Shown here: positions 47,799-62,656 of the stretch, piece after piece
How positions within the stretch are numbered: position 1 is the stretch's first letter
Layout: each line of letters starts with the position of its first letter
Assembly (NCBI GenBank): GCA_003427395.1
Contig: BFEA01000014.1
Location: 671,877-735,876 of the forward strand
Reading direction: 5' to 3'
From: Chara braunii
Taxonomy: Eukaryota > Plantae > Charophyceae
Length of the DNA: 64,000 bases
Translations under genes and position numbers: made by a program
The notes under the pieces: model-generated
What the model was told of the DNA's origin: nothing
What the model saw: only the letters and a program-made list of their open reading frames with translations
The model's database searches: none

Positions 47799-48071
47799 NN
47801 NNNNNNNNNNNNNNNNNNNNNNNNNNNNNNNNNNNNNNNNNNNNNNNNNNNNNNNNNNNNNNNNNNNNNNNNNNNNNNNNNNNNNNNNNNNNNNNNNNNN
47901 NNNNNNNNNNNNNNNNNNNNNNNNNNNNNNNNNNNNNNNNNNNNNNNNNNNNNNNNNNNNNNNNNNNNNNNNNNNNNNNNNNNNNNNNNNNNNNNNNNNN
48001 NNNNNNNNNNNNNNNNNNNNNNNNNNNNNNNNNNNNNNNNNNNNNNNNNNNNNNNNNNNNNNNNNNNNNNN
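47799..48071. other. Assembly gap
   Basis: Run of N. Confidence 1.
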
Positions 48072-48213
48072 GCGGGGCCGCCCCCCACCCCGCGCACGCC
48101 CCTGCACAAACGCGTCAATCGTGTTTACCGGCGTTCAGTGAACACGCGTTCAGCGCGTTCAAAAACTGAACGCGAAACCCGCATTCAATGAACGCGCGGT
48201 TACACAGCTCTTG
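48072..48213 (+). mobile_element. Possible DNA-transposon terminus with subterminal GAACGCG/CGCGTTC repeats
   Basis: Clustered CGCGTTC/GAACGCG motifs ending GTTACACAGCTC. May be the right end of the hAT element; partner TIR not seen. Confidence 0.3.
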
Positions 48214-50312
48214 TGAAACTCCGGGGACATGCTCACACTAGGACTCCTTTGACTCCTCTCTTGCCCTAATTGAGGCCGGATGCAAGCAACAGAAGCGGCA
48301 GTTTCGGTCATATACATGCAGGAAAGTTCTGGCGTGCATGTGCTCAGTAAAAAGCCTCATGGTATCCTCTCATGAGCTGAGTCTGATTTCTCTGGGTAAT
48401 TTCAGTGTGGGTTATTCAATATTTCTAGATCATAAACAAAAAATCAACATTAATCACCAATCATCTATTATTAGATCAACGTCAATCAGTCAGTGTTTTC
48501 ATGAGATCAGTTCCATTATTCATATCGACACATGAGTACAGTTCAATATTTCCTGATCACTGGGTCAATCTTGACCAACCTCAACCAGATTGCTCTCAAG
48601 GATGCTTTCCAGTATCGATATGTCAGTGCAGCCAGTTTCAGACACTTTGTGGTTCTCATTGAGTTTGCAGAGGGAACAATCCAAGATTTGAGGATCTATG
48701 TGAAGAAGGGGAAGGAGACTCATGAGCACTTTGATTCAGTTTGGGTTACAACAACATGGTGTGTTGAGGAGATAGCATAGGTGCTTCAAAAGGATGCAAA
48801 GCTGATTCACATCCTTGGTCCTAACTTATACTCTGACTACCCTAGGCCTTCGGTCCCTTTGTACTTCATCGATGGTTCTTACTGGGGTATGTCTCACCGA
48901 CATAAATTAACTATGAGGCAGTGACTGAACCATCAGAGTTTCGACATCTCAGATGAGGGGTCTTCTCCAGGCCATACCTTCCTACTCTACGGGAGGAGTT
49001 TTGTGCTATGCTTGATTTTCAAGTCTTTGGCCTTGGATGAACGTATTCGGAGCTCGTGGGTTTAGGAGGCTCTACATCTTTTAGCCACAATCTCATGAGG
49101 TACATAGACGTAGCTCAAGGCACAAGAGATGCACGGTCAAATGAAGGATTGAGGATGAGACCTGAGAGGTAGAGGGGGGACTTTTAATGAGTGTTGTGTA
49201 TGAGATCATATTCCATGCTAATCTTGTCACAGTTCTCAAATTTATAAATTTGCAAACTTGATATGTGCATGATATACTTAAAATTTTCAATTTATTATTT
49301 GCAAGATCATTGTTGTTTCGAATCATAATAAAAGATTTCTAAAACCGGGGACCGGTGTAGAATGTAATTGAAGGGTCTCGCTCGAAGCCGGACGCACACA
49401 ACAGGAAGGGATTTGCATGATTTATTTATTTATTTATTGCAAAATACATAAAAAATCCTGCGTGACAGCCTGTTGGCTTTCTGGTAGTCAGAAGTGGCCT
49501 GATTGTAAAAAGTGCGACACCGAGCAGCCCATAAAAATAGGGTGACTCGGGCGGCCCGGTTGGTAACCAAAATTATTTGTGTATATATATATACATATAT
49601 ATATATATTATGTATCTATATATAAAAAAAAATATGAAAGAGAGAGCGAGAAAATCGAGTGTACGTGTGTTTGTTTGATGAGGTATGAAACCTCAACGAA
49701 TAAAGTCGTGGCGAGTTGTGCAGAGAAAGCACAACAAGAAAAATACCAAGATAATAAATTGTTCATTTATATAGCATGACCAAGGGAAACACAAACGACG
49801 AACAACTAGCCACCAAGGCAAGCAGCAAAGCGAAAGTGACAGAGGGCAGAAAGCAGCAAAGAAAAGGTAGTGCAACAACATACAGTGAAGCAATGAAATA
49901 AGAGGGAATGAATGGCAAGTGGTAACGAGGCACTTCAAGTTAGGTTGGAGGGCACGGGGGAGGCGGGTGGGCATACAAACACAACAGCAAAAAAAAAGGG
50001 CAATGAGGCAAAAAAAAACGACAAGTAGCCACAAAAGACATTGCCTAGAGGGCAAGAGGGAGGCAGGTGGGCAAACAGACAACACACAACAGTCAAAGAA
50101 GCAACGACAGACCAAAAGGCAAAAAACGAAAAAAAAAAAGTTGTTGATGAAAGATTGTTTCGTCGGAGTTGCACCGACTCATCAAGAGGCTGAACCCGCG
50201 ACAATCTGCGGAATCTTCGTATTTTATGGTTTGGGTCATGGACCCTTTGGTTGAAGGCAGACTGTCCCTAAAATGGGACACAGCAGCGGGAAGCAACCAT
50301 GCAGAGCACCAG

Positions 50313-50663
50313 GAACTGCCATTTCGTCAAAATGGACATCTTTTATTTTTTGAACGAAATTGAAACCGAGTATTTTGGCCGAAAACTCGTCAAAACTTGT
50401 TGTTCCTGAGGCTGGACTCCTTGGCTGTACATGGACCTAGCTTAAGACCAGGCACCACGAGGTTGTACATGGACGTAGCTTGAGACCAGGTATGCCTGGA
50501 GGTGCCTGGTCTCAAGCTAGGTCCATGTACAGCCAGGGGGTCCAGCGTTTGTAAAACGTTGGGCTCTCAGGAACAACAAACTTTGATGAGTTTTCGGCCA
50601 AAAAACTCGGTTTCAATTTCGTTCAAAAAATAAAAAATGTCCATTTTGACGAAATGGTCGTTC
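50313..50663. mobile_element. 351-bp foldback MITE with about 140-bp TIRs
   Basis: GAACTGCCATTTCGTCAAAATGGACAT...ATGTCCATTTTGACGAAATGGTCGTTC. The empty site GCACCAGGCAACG is present in the paralog at about 36637-36649 (minus). Confidence 0.88.
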
Positions 50664-51358
50664 AGGCAACGTTGTAGAGGCAACATGGCTTCACAACGTC
50701 AAAACGACTGCAAGGAACGACATGGCATGCAGGATACGCAACATGGCAACCACGCAGTGAAGCACAAGGCAACAAGGCAACCACACAGGAGGGGACGACC
50801 AGGCTAGTGGACAAGAAGCACGACAACCATGCAGTGGAGCACAAGGCAACACCAACAAGGCAACCAAACTACACGGTACGCAAGCAAAGGACACGATAGG
50901 CACGCCTTGCGGATCGACGACAAGGCAGCAAAGCGCAAGGCAACGCCAACAGCACGACCACACCACAGAGCGAACACAATAGCTTGCAGAGAACTACATG
51001 CGAAGCAAGCGGGACAGGCAGCAAGGCAGCAGCGGAGCGCAGATAGTCTGCACATTCAACACCGTGACGGAGCAAAGTGGCACATGACCTACTCATATCA
51101 CGATTAAACCCCGCAGACTGTTGGTCCTCACCACCCCTGAGCCAGGGAGTCATTTCGCTGAACATCCATCATCACCCGTAGGGCAGACAGACATCCCGAA
51201 CTGAGTGGCCCCCGTAAGAGTGTTGTAGGCACTCCGAATGAGGAATGACCAACTGTTTCGCACTACTTAAGGATGCTCAATTGGGTAAGCAAAAAATTAC
51301 TTCGAAAAAATCAGAGAGCGGACAGACAACAGGAGAAAGACAGGCAGACATAGAACTG

Positions 51359-51420
<62 letters not shown>

Positions 51421-52499
51421 CACACTTCGAGTAGCTTTGGTATACCATGAGTGCACTCCACATCATCGCTTGACTATAGGAATTGCAACTAATGACAGTA
51501 TCAACACCCAACTCCTAGATGATGATTTGCTGCTCATTCCCAAGACACACCAGATTCAACACCCCATCGTTTCTTTTTTTCCAAACGAGATGATGAATGG
51601 CAATAGCACAACTAACATGAGATCACACATACTCCAAGTCGAGAAACGTACAAAAACAGCACACATGAATAAAAGCCACACGAAAACGGATGAGTTTTTT
51701 CAATGGCACTGGTGAGGTCAATCAGCACGATCGTGAGGACGAAGTCGAAATCACCGAAAGTTGTATGTTCCTTACTTGTTTGTGACGAAACCAATGCTCA
51801 CTCAAATTCCTACTCCTCTGCAGAACCCAAATTCTGCCCCAGTACTGAACAAAAGAGATTCGTAGTACTTCTACGTAGATCATGAAGTTATCTTCCTCAT
51901 CCTATGCTGTAAGGCAAACTTTGCGCAAGCGAATACGAAATCGAAGTAACTGCTTCACGTGCTCAAATTCGTCATCAACTTGATGACCGTATCCTATTAA
52001 ACAATATCCCTATTGGCTTATTACTTTGTGCACTAGTAATCCTCAGACTACTCCTACTGCCTTTATCCCGTTGTTCCCATGTCGTTTACATCCAAATGCG
52101 TACGTCCTGCATTCCCCTCATCATTACACTATTCAGCACACATCCCCTACTACCCTTATTTTCACTGGTCATATACTACGCTAGTATCGTGACTTGCCCA
52201 GCTCACATACACATAAGATACTTCACATCTGACCTAGGCAGAGACTGCGCTAGCGCTAGCGCTCCAATGCCGCCAGACCAGCAAGGCTCTGTCTGCCGGA
52301 TATAGTAGAGTCCTTGTCGTGTCGCTTGGTGTCAGCAAGCTCCTTGGTGATGGAGCGATTTGGCAGCACGTATGCAGTGTTTTTTAATATGCATATTGTT
52401 GAGTGCTGCTAGGATGAATTTGATTGCGAGGTGCCCTTTGTTTTTTGTTTTTTTTTTCCCACCCCTTTCTTTTTAACAAGATCGGGGACCTCACAAATT

Positions 52500-55125
52500 T
52501 ACCCAGAGTTATCTTGGTAGCATCAACCAGTTTAGCTTACGAGCGAAACCCTCTTACCACACGAAATCCAATTTTGCAGTTGAAAAAATATTACAAAAAG
52601 CACAAGCAAGCCAAACAAGACTACTAAAAGGGATTATAGTTCATAAAGGACTAATATGTCTGCCTCCTATCTAAAAATGTCCCCTCTTTAGTGGGGTGTT
52701 CCTGTACCAATGAAAGTAACTCTGCATGCAAAATTCCTTTAACTCTGTTCCAACCTCCTTCGGTTTTAGACTACACCATATTGGAGGTTCTCTACTTCCC
52801 CTGTGATAGCCAAGGGGTTAACATGAGATTACCATCGGAGGTAATTAGCACTTGCTTGTTATCTTTGGCTCATGTTTATTGAAACCGTACTTTCTCTTTA
52901 TTCTCGTGACACGTCATACTCTGCCAGTATGCATAAATTGCCCTTCTCAACAAGGTCATAATTTTACTTGTTTGCACTTGAAAGTTATGGTTTTCGTGCT
53001 TGAACACTTTTGTTTTTTGAGTTCCAGACGATCTCCATGCCCACATCCTTGCAGACCAAGGCTACGTATCCCCATCCGTTTGCAAGGTCTTGGTTTTCTT
53101 GGCATATGTCATACAGAGTGCACTCGTGAGTCTAATGAAAGCTATCACGAGTAACGTTTTTCCAGTGGGTCTTCCACCAAAACCTTATTTGACTCGCCAA
53201 CAGGCAGTAAAACCAAAGGTGGTTGGCCTTCTCCCAACCTCAATTGCATAGCAAACAGGTTTAAGAGATCTCAATTCCTCTGAAGGTTAACGAGGAAGCG
53301 GATTTTGTCACCAACATGGACTGGATCCACATAATAGTTATTAACTCTTGCGAACGGATCTTTTTTAGAGCCCTCATGAGTTTAGGCAAGTTTATGGCAC
53401 CTAGTTGTAAGTCTGGCTCCTTCATTAATCTTTCTCCTGCTATTATTATCGTCTGACTTTTTCTTGATGCATGCTGGGTCTGAACTCCTAAGCAAGTCTT
53501 ATAAAAATTACTACAGATAGCACTCATGGTCCATCTACATTATTTCATCTGAGAAGCAGAGGTTCCATCTTTTTCGTGATGCCTGCTGGATCTGAACTCC
53601 TAAGCAAGTCTTATAAAAATTACTGTGGAGAACACTTATAGTCCATCTATATTATTTCATCCGACATGCAGAGGTTCCATCTTTAACTAATTAGGGGTCC
53701 TTGTGACCAAAATAACTTCAAATTCTTTTATTTTTGGCAGCCATATCTTGATTTCCTAAAGTTCCAGTTGGAATGAATAACATTTTATCCTATTAGTTTC
53801 AATCATATTTGAAGGTCTTTTACCCGATGTTCCCGCCACTGTTGGATTTTTATACCTTGATCAAGTTATGGACCCAGAATCTTCAGGATACTTTTAGCAT
53901 CTTCTGGGTTTTCCCACAATGGATCAATGGTTTCTCGCATGTGTTTCTCATACCACATAGCTTGTAGTCTAAAATAACTTTTTGCAGCTTGTGAAGATTG
54001 CCCACAATATTATGAAGGTACGGTAGTTGGCGTCTCAGTACTTTAAGGGGAATCAAATTCTTTCTTTGTGCATCCCAAATGTCACTCACTTGCAGTTATT
54101 GTATCCCCTGCTCCACCAAGGCTCGCGCAAAGAAACCCCTCCTCGCATTCGCCAAGGAAGTCTGAGTCGTCCTCCTGCTTGATATGTGGGGTTTCAAACA
54201 GGATTTGGTTCAAAATTTCTTGTTTGGTGGTTGGAGGTTTACTTCACTAGAGTAGGATCTTCTTCCAGGCCTGTAGTATATTCCTCTATACTTTCAATTT
54301 CGGTCTTCGTTTTGAAAAGGATGGAATGAACGGACAGACCCATACGAGTGAAGGACACGACATGTTTCGTTACTTTGTCAAATGCATTCTGCCAACTTGA
54401 TCTGTAGTTTATACTTGTTCCCAAATACAACACAAATGATCTAGTTCCCAAGCAAACTAAGATTTGTTGAACTAGGTCTAAAACTCTCAGACCACCCTGG
54501 TCTTTGGGTGCCAAAATTATATCCCAAGCTACCTTGACAATAAATCTCTGATGTTCTACGAACGCTGTCTTCCACATGTACTAAACTGCACTTCCCTTGA
54601 TGTTTGCATATGCCTCTTCTCCCAACAGGTGTATTGAAAGTAGGAACCAAAGGAGTGAGAGAGTTGTTGATGTTAGCACCAAAGTTATATTGTAGAGAGA
54701 AAGTTTGTAGTTCCGCATCCATCAATAGGGAATCTTGCACATTAGAGCAATTGACAATGACACTTGGACACTTAAAATGTGACAAGGCCCAGTCCACGAA
54801 CAATACCTTAGGAGAGGGAAGAAAAAACATGGGTTTATCCGAATTTATGAAGACTTTTTACAAGTCACAATATTTATCCCATATACCCCTGAATTCTGCA
54901 AAGGTTTCTATTGTGTTTTCACATGCTACTATTAAGTCATCGGCGGTAGCACCCCCTTTCCACTGAAGCTGCAGATTGACTTTGAAACCTGTTATCAAAT
55001 CATTTGCTCTAATATTTTTTAGGAGGACTTATAGTTGTATTACAAAGAGTAAGGGAGCCAACGAGCAGTCCCGTCTTAAGGACCGTGTCAATGTAAATTC
55101 TTATGAAAATCTATCATTTACTACT
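52500..55125 (-). mobile_element. Degenerate L1-like LINE (RT and C-terminal half)
   Basis: Minus-strand EFTLTRSLRRDCSLAPLLF (about 55100-55044), ATADDL (about 54950-54932), KVAWDIILAPKDQGGLRVLDL (ORF 54239-54577). Many stops and frameshifts; 3' boundary approximate. Confidence 0.75.
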
Positions 55126-55159
55126 ACCACCGACTATGGGTAGTGGTAGCTTGCTTCCA

Positions 55160-58100
55160 CTACCTTTTTTATATAAATAAATTAAAAAGAACCACATTAC
55201 TAGGGGAGGTGATAACAACATCCTCCCTTAGTACGAGTCCAGGTTGCTCCAAGCTATCAACGGGGAGCTACACCTGCTGGAAAGCGGATCTGGCATCCCA
55301 ATTCAATACATTGACAAAAGTTAGAAGAACTGGGAGAGTCTGTTGTCGCTCCCTGCCAAATTGATTACCCCAGGGAAAGTTGGGGGTTCATTGAGTAGGT
55401 GCATAAAATATCTGACTATGTTGTGCTTGCTAACTCCTTCACTAAGCAGGTATTTTCTTTGGAAAAATGGTTTTCCTCTAGGTTGTCTAATCTACCTCTT
55501 CACCCAACCATAGGGCAACTAATCTATAAAAGGAGCCTTAGTATATTTATGCAGCCAATTTGAATTAAGAAAAACAGGACACTTTTTCCTTCTTAAACTC
55601 TTTATCAACACAATAATTATGAAAAACCTCCTTTTGGATCAAGAAAATCTTCAGTCTATGTGGTACCAACAACAAGTAACCAAGATCAATATTGAAGGGG
55701 GAAACGAGTATGGGAATTCAAACAAAAGGCGTAAATGTATAAAAGGGTCTATGTTTGTCCAATAGTTAAAATAGAGGCAATAATCCCTTCGAACATCTTG
55801 TGATACTCCTGCCTATTGTTTTTCTTTGGCCCCATTCCATTTGATCCTATCAATTTCCCCCCCTTCATGAGCCCTTAGCTAAGCGCTACCTAAATTTTTA
55901 AAATGCTAAAGAGTTTCAGTCCTGGATTATAAATATTTATCATTTTTCTTTACTTTTTTCAATTGAGCTTAAATGTTTGTGTGTATATATTGTTTGATGG
56001 AGTCCGTGGATTCCGGACCATCGAGCCTTGCCCCCTTCATTTCATAGGTGCATCTACGACACCAAATGACCTACGTGAGAGCTCTACTACTCACAGTAAA
56101 TAGGTTAAGGGTAAAATTGTATAATTGAACATGGTACGGGGTTTCACATAACAAGACTCTCCAATCCCAAAGTCGATTGTGAGAAATACATGTTTGACTT
56201 CATATCCTATCCCATCATTTTCGCATCCATACCAATCCTAGACATTGTAGAAAGGTATGTTCATTTGTCACCGGGATTTTTCTTGAAGGGAAAATCAAGG
56301 TGAAATATTTACACCATGGGAAAGCCAACCCTCTCTTTTCTAACAAAGTTCTACGGATGATTCAGTCATTTATTGGGAAACATCGATGTTCAATATGCTA
56401 TTGTAGTGCCGCTATTTTGGCTGGTCTAGAGTTAATGGTTTTGAACCATTGGATATTTATCAAAATTTTCTTACTTATCTTGTCTCCACTCTATCTCTCA
56501 GATTTAATTTCGGTCTCAACATTCATTATGTCGATTTAACTATTACAGTGTGTATTGAGCGAACATACTTCCCTTTTTTTCCCAACATTGAGGTTCTAAC
56601 CCAAATAATTGGGTATAGCGAAACTTATTTATTGAGGTATTGGATTTGAAGATGTAACATTGTTTGTTAATTTATAATACTCTAATCATGAAAAGTTGAT
56701 CATTTTGCATCCATGTCGTTTCTTGTGGGTAAGTTTTCAAATGATATTATTGTATCTTATTGAGAAAATGGTAAGTAAGAAAGTCATATCCCTTTACGAC
56801 ATCAACACATTTCCGACTTGTTGGTTGTTTCCATGCTGGCCTACCCAATTTCCTTCTTAAATTTTGGGTCATTTTCTTAGTATCCTCACTCAGTCTAAGG
56901 GGATCAACTTTACAAGCGAGTTAATTGTTGATTCAACTTGTCTACACTATCTTAGTTTACATGAGAGATCAGAGTGGGAGAACCATTCATTTGATTCCGT
57001 ATTACATAATTTTTTAATTTTTATTTTTATTTTTTTTCCTCCCATATTCTTGAGGTCACCAGTCCTAAAGATTTTATTTTTGACCTCCCCGCTCCAATGC
57101 GAGACCATACAGTGTAACATCATTCCTTGAGAATCTGTAAAATACTCTAATCCATCTATTATTATTAAATAAAGGTTGTTGTCAAACCTTTTCCCATCTT
57201 TTTGGAGAGATCTTATCTTGAAGAGGTAGTTTTCACCATGTTTTGCAAAGGTCGGGTAAAATAAATCATTTTTCATATTTATCCTTGATGCTTTTTGCTT
57301 TGAATTTAGGTCGTTGTTAGAAATTTGTTATCTACCTTTGGGTATAGACCAACATTGATTTTCCATCCAGATCATAGGGTTCGTGGCTTATGGTACTTCT
57401 AGTGCAAACCGTTTTATTTGTTCCTAGACTATGGATAACCAAAATGTTTGTGGTTTGAACAATAATCGTATAATTTATTGGATTACCAAAGTCATTGCTT
57501 GAGTGGTTGGTTTTAAAATGCCAAGGCCTCCTTTTATTTTTAGTTGTAACCATTGCCTGCTAGGTTACTCTAATTATAATATTTTTACGATTATGGTTAC
57601 CTCTCCACAGGTAGACCCTCACTTAACTTTGAAGTAATTTGAGGGTTAATTTATCAAGTGTCAAAATTGTTGATTGATATCATAAAGATACGAGGAATAC
57701 ATTATGAATGACAAGTGTCCTGCCTATGACTCAGAGAGAGGTTTGTTTATCATTCCATTGTTTTATTTTTTATATGACCTGCTTAGTTATTTATATATTA
57801 TCATTTGTCAATGGTTAACCTATTGCAGACAAAGAGACTCATCACACTCTGATGGTAGTGCCTGAAGTATCCAGTTTATATGAGGTTGCTTTGGTGGTCT
57901 CACCCCCTGATGATGTATCCACCATCCTTAAGTTTTTAGTTCTCCTGTTTGTCATTATGTATGAGAGGAAATACAACTTATTTATTAAATTTTAGATTTC
58001 CTTCGTATTTTTGTGGGAGGCTTCAACCATCAACGAGATATCATCTGCAAAATGAACGTAAACCGGGACATCCTCTTTAGGAATGCAGGAGACTTGAATA

Positions 58101-59900
58101 TGCTTAATATCCTTGTTTTGTCATAATTTGGTAGTTAAGACCTCCATCATTATGATAAAAATAAAGGATGCGATCGGGTTACCATGCCTGACCGACCGCT
58201 GAAGAACAAAGGGCAATGCTAGTTTAGCATTGATCATCACTTTTGTTGTGACGTTTCAATATAATATCTCTACCCATCTACGAGAACATGGGTCAAAATT
58301 AATTTTTTAATGCACTTATCTGAAAAATGTTAATCCACATGATCATATGGTTTTTCAAAGTCAATGAAAACAAGAACCGCATTCTATTTTGATTGTCTAG
58401 ATAGTTTTATTAATTCATTGACCAGAAGGATATTGTCTTGAATATTTCTTCCTTCAATAATATCTGAGTGGCATGAATAATATCTGATATGACTTTCATC
58501 AAATGTTTTGCTAATGCATTGGTGGCTAATTTATAAACCATTGTGAGAAAGTGATAGACCTATAGTTTTTAATATCCGTTTTCTCTTATTTCTTGTATAA
58601 GAAAGTCAGAATGGTTTGTCCTACCACTTCTTTCATTCTACATGTGATCCTTACCATACGATAAAAGTCCATAAGATCATTGGAGAGGTGTTCCTACATC
58701 ATCTCATATAATTCATTCGGAAGATCATATATTCTTGGGTTTACTCGACTGCCATTATCATTAGAGAAGTCCAAATTTCCTCTTTGGAGAGAGGTGATTC
58801 TAACATTTATTTTCACTCTTTTGTGAGAGACTTGAATATATGTGTTATAAATTCCTCAATCTCATTTATATGTTGATATCGGGGTATGTGGTTGCATACT
58901 GACTAAAATAGCCCCTTGTAATAGTTCATAGGAATCTGAGTACAAACATCTGTTGAGATGACCTAAAGTTTATGTGGATCTTGAGGATCTGACAATGTTT
59001 CTATCACCGATCTTCAGATTCTAGCTTTCATTATTGCAAAGAATCTGACATCCATCATTATATTATATAATTTCAACTTATCTCTAATTCTAACTCCTTG
59101 CTACCTATATTCCATAAAAGATAGAAATTTGGATTCAATGTAACAATTACTAAATTTGTTTGCTCTTCAAGCTTATACTAACTCCTTGACCATTGTATGT
59201 GAATTTCTCCTCTTTCTCCTTTGTTGACGATCTATCGTGAGCGCTGCTCATGTGGAGAGTTTTGTTACTGTGAGATTGGTCGATTGTTCAAAGACTCGTT
59301 CTGAGTGACACTGACATAAAATGTTGATCATCTTTGTTGGGGACTATTTTGATAACGACAATGCACATAGCTCTCTTTGCTCTGTTATTCGAGGCTCATT
59401 GTCACCGAAAACTCTGGATTTCACCTTGTCGGTTGTCTGACAGATGCTAATGCCTTATCGATAAGGGAAAGTAAATGGGAAAATAAATCATTATTCTTTC
59501 AACAAACCTTATGCATGTGATGACTGGGAAAATAGAAAATTATGTTGAGAAGGGTGACCTACTTACTCGTTAAAACCTTACTAGATGGAGACTGATAAAA
59601 CATGTGCCTCGACATATACAAAAAAAATATGCAAACAGCGAATAGGGAGAGATCGCAAGCAGTATCATCCATTAAGCCTATATAAACAGTGAAATTACCT
59701 ACCCTATTGTGAGCCCGCTCTCTACCACTGTAATGCATATCATTCATGGAAAACTATTAAGGTTGGACAAATTATCTCGTTCTTATTTTTACTCGTAGGA
59801 CTATGCCTCGATCAGTCTTGGTTTGAGTGTTGGGTGATCTGCATGAACCAATCGTGACAAGAAAGTCGGACAAGGATACGAATTGAGATTTTCAATTTCT
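55160..59900 (-). mobile_element. Old AT-rich L1-like LINE whose 3'UTR carries both conserved structural motifs
   Basis: Minus-strand VFIDFEK/YDHV (about 58370-58335), RSVRHGNPIASFIF (about 58198-58157), VHFADDI (about 58058-58038), WCRRC zf remnant (about 56064-56050). 3' motifs at 55351-55399 and 55245-55300. 5' boundary approximate. Confidence 0.75.
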
Positions 59901-62391
59901 ATTAACTGAAAATTTCACAAATGTGTTCCTTGTGCAGATTGAGTTGAATCAGTAGCTCCACTGAAAATTGTATCTAGACGAGAATGCAAAACTACTTGTT
60001 ATTCATATAAGTAGTCATTATTTAAATTGCATCTCCTTCTACTGGCAAGCATCACTCTGTGAGGTGCGCAAATAAGAAACTTTACTAGGTGTATCCTATG
60101 GAGTGCAACGGTGAGGGTTGTGTCCCACCGACACTCTGTGGAATCAGAAAATGCGAGTTGTTTTACAACGTATGGACCTGTGTAGTATACAAACACAAGT
60201 GACGACCGACGAATTACTGCATAGTGTGAGAACAGTGAATAACCACATCAAAGCCCCTATTTATATGCTAACAAATAACTTTATCCAGTGGTCTGAGAAA
60301 AGTCAGCCAAGTACTACCACTATAACAAGACTCTCGGTAAGTAGTGCTACTTTGTTATTAATTATTTTGACAACTTTTCACCTTGTTCGCTTAAGAAAAG
60401 GCGAAACCTCGAATATGATATGATTTCGAGTGGTAACAAGTTCCTGCCGTTCTACACAGTAATCAACACATGATCGGATCGTGATAAGTCGTGAGCCTAT
60501 TGAAAACTTCAAGGTAGAGTAGTGTAATTACTGAACGTATTTTAATTTAATTCTCTTTTATTTTATTTTACTTTACTTCGATCCCTCTGGTTCATACGCG
60601 AAAAATTCCTCTTAGGCACGAAAAGGTACCCTTGTAAGTTTAATTTAAAGAAAGGATCCCACATCGCCTACGAATTAAAAACGTTAGATAACACGTTAAA
60701 AAACTCAACTGGTAATTTGCAATGAGCCTCTGATGGAAACAAAAATCTTATTAATGATATGACTCAACTAGAGTCTGTTAACTGTGTATTTTTAACAATA
60801 GATTGATGATGAGTGTCTTAAATATAAACCATCCACTGTAAGCCTTAACCTTGAGCTATTTGCAGTAAGTTTAGTCGTCGGTTACTAGTAACAGTCTCGA
60901 TCACTCTTCAAGATCCCTGAACAAAGTATACCCTTATACACCCTCTCAGGTCTATTTGATTTAAGAGTAATGGTAGGGAAAAAAATAAATAATGAGAGAC
61001 AAAAATATCATAGTGGTGTCAATTGTTCTCTATCGTGACAGAGTGAAAGATTGGGAAAATAAAGTATCTGATGAAGTAAAAAACTGCAAGAAAATGTTGA
61101 GAGATATTGCAGTCGGGATAGCGAAGAGTCGTCACAAGTTCATTACATTTAGGGGTTAGACGGACAGTTATATAACACAACCTCATCTCTTAAAACCGTG
61201 CAAAGAGCGAAAGAAGTCACCCATGCTCAATGAACACAGACCGAAGCAATACACTTTCATATCCTCATCAAGATTTTTTTTTGCTGCTTACATTCAACAG
61301 CATCACGAACAACGGACTTCAGACAAATGACCGTATGGCACGACGCACGCACACACAACCAAATTGTTGCATGCCAGACAACCATATCCCAACCGCTTTG
61401 GAGCTTGACGCTGAAAAACCGTGCCTACCCTTACCACCTTTGGATCCCACCAATCTCTTCATACCACTACATACCTACCACACCATACCCTCAGTTACAC
61501 CAGAGAATTGCTCCCTCACCCACCCCCATATTGTGACCCACCATCTCCAGTACCCCAACCCCCTTCCCTCAAGCCCCCCAACTCTCCCCAAGGTTGACTC
61601 GCCTACGCTGGCAGCTCCCTACAAATTTCAGTTACTCCCAGTTCATGCCCCGAGTCAACTCATTGATGTGCCTTGCCCCAACATACTTACCTATCGAAAC
61701 AACAACCCCCCTCCCACACCCATCGTGAAACTCACCCATCGTCTTCACATATCCAAGCCCCTCTTAGAGTTTATAACCCCCCTCTCCCTTCCTCCCCTCC
61801 TCACCTTCGAGTCCTTGTCCCCTCCTCCCCTCCCCTTCACCCCCTTCATCAACTCCCCCCCTCCCGCCCATCCGCCTCCTCTCCTCCCCTCCCCCACTAC
61901 CCCACTGTTTATACCATCCCCATCCTAAACACTCGCCTCATTGGCTCAAGTGCTTCCATCCTCCTTCCCCCCACTTCATCCACATCTTCCATACAGCGCT
62001 ATTTCCTTCTCTACAGTGCCCAACAACCCCACGATTCTACCTCCATTCCCTGCAGATCGTCCATTTGGTCGCTGCATTGCAGTTGGAAACCACACTTCGT
62101 ACATATCATGCTTTGTGACAATTGTAGCCTATCACTCACATCGGCAAACCAGGAGTGAGTACCAGCTTCATCACTGCTCTATATAAGCCCATGTCTTTCC
62201 TATAAGACCTCTTCAGTTCCTGGATTATGCCTATGATAGATGAGCTCTCCTCTTCAGAGAACCATCGACACGAGGTATGGATACAACCCTCCCCCCTTAC
62301 TAGTTTCACCTTATGCCTTTTCCTGCACTACATGACTGAACCCCGTCATCACCTCCCTTCTATTCTACCACAATGTTTATCCCTCTGTTTC

Positions 62392-62632
<241 letters not shown>

Positions 62633-62656
62633 CCTATCAGGAGTCAGAGGACAAGA

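Noticed and set aside
45532-48169. Long ORFs of 200-380 aa in the ORF track
   Set aside because: Consist largely of N-gap translations.
48330-49330. Possible degenerate LINE endonuclease region (GDF/N-like at about 49177)
   Set aside because: Only one frameshifted motif; insufficient support.
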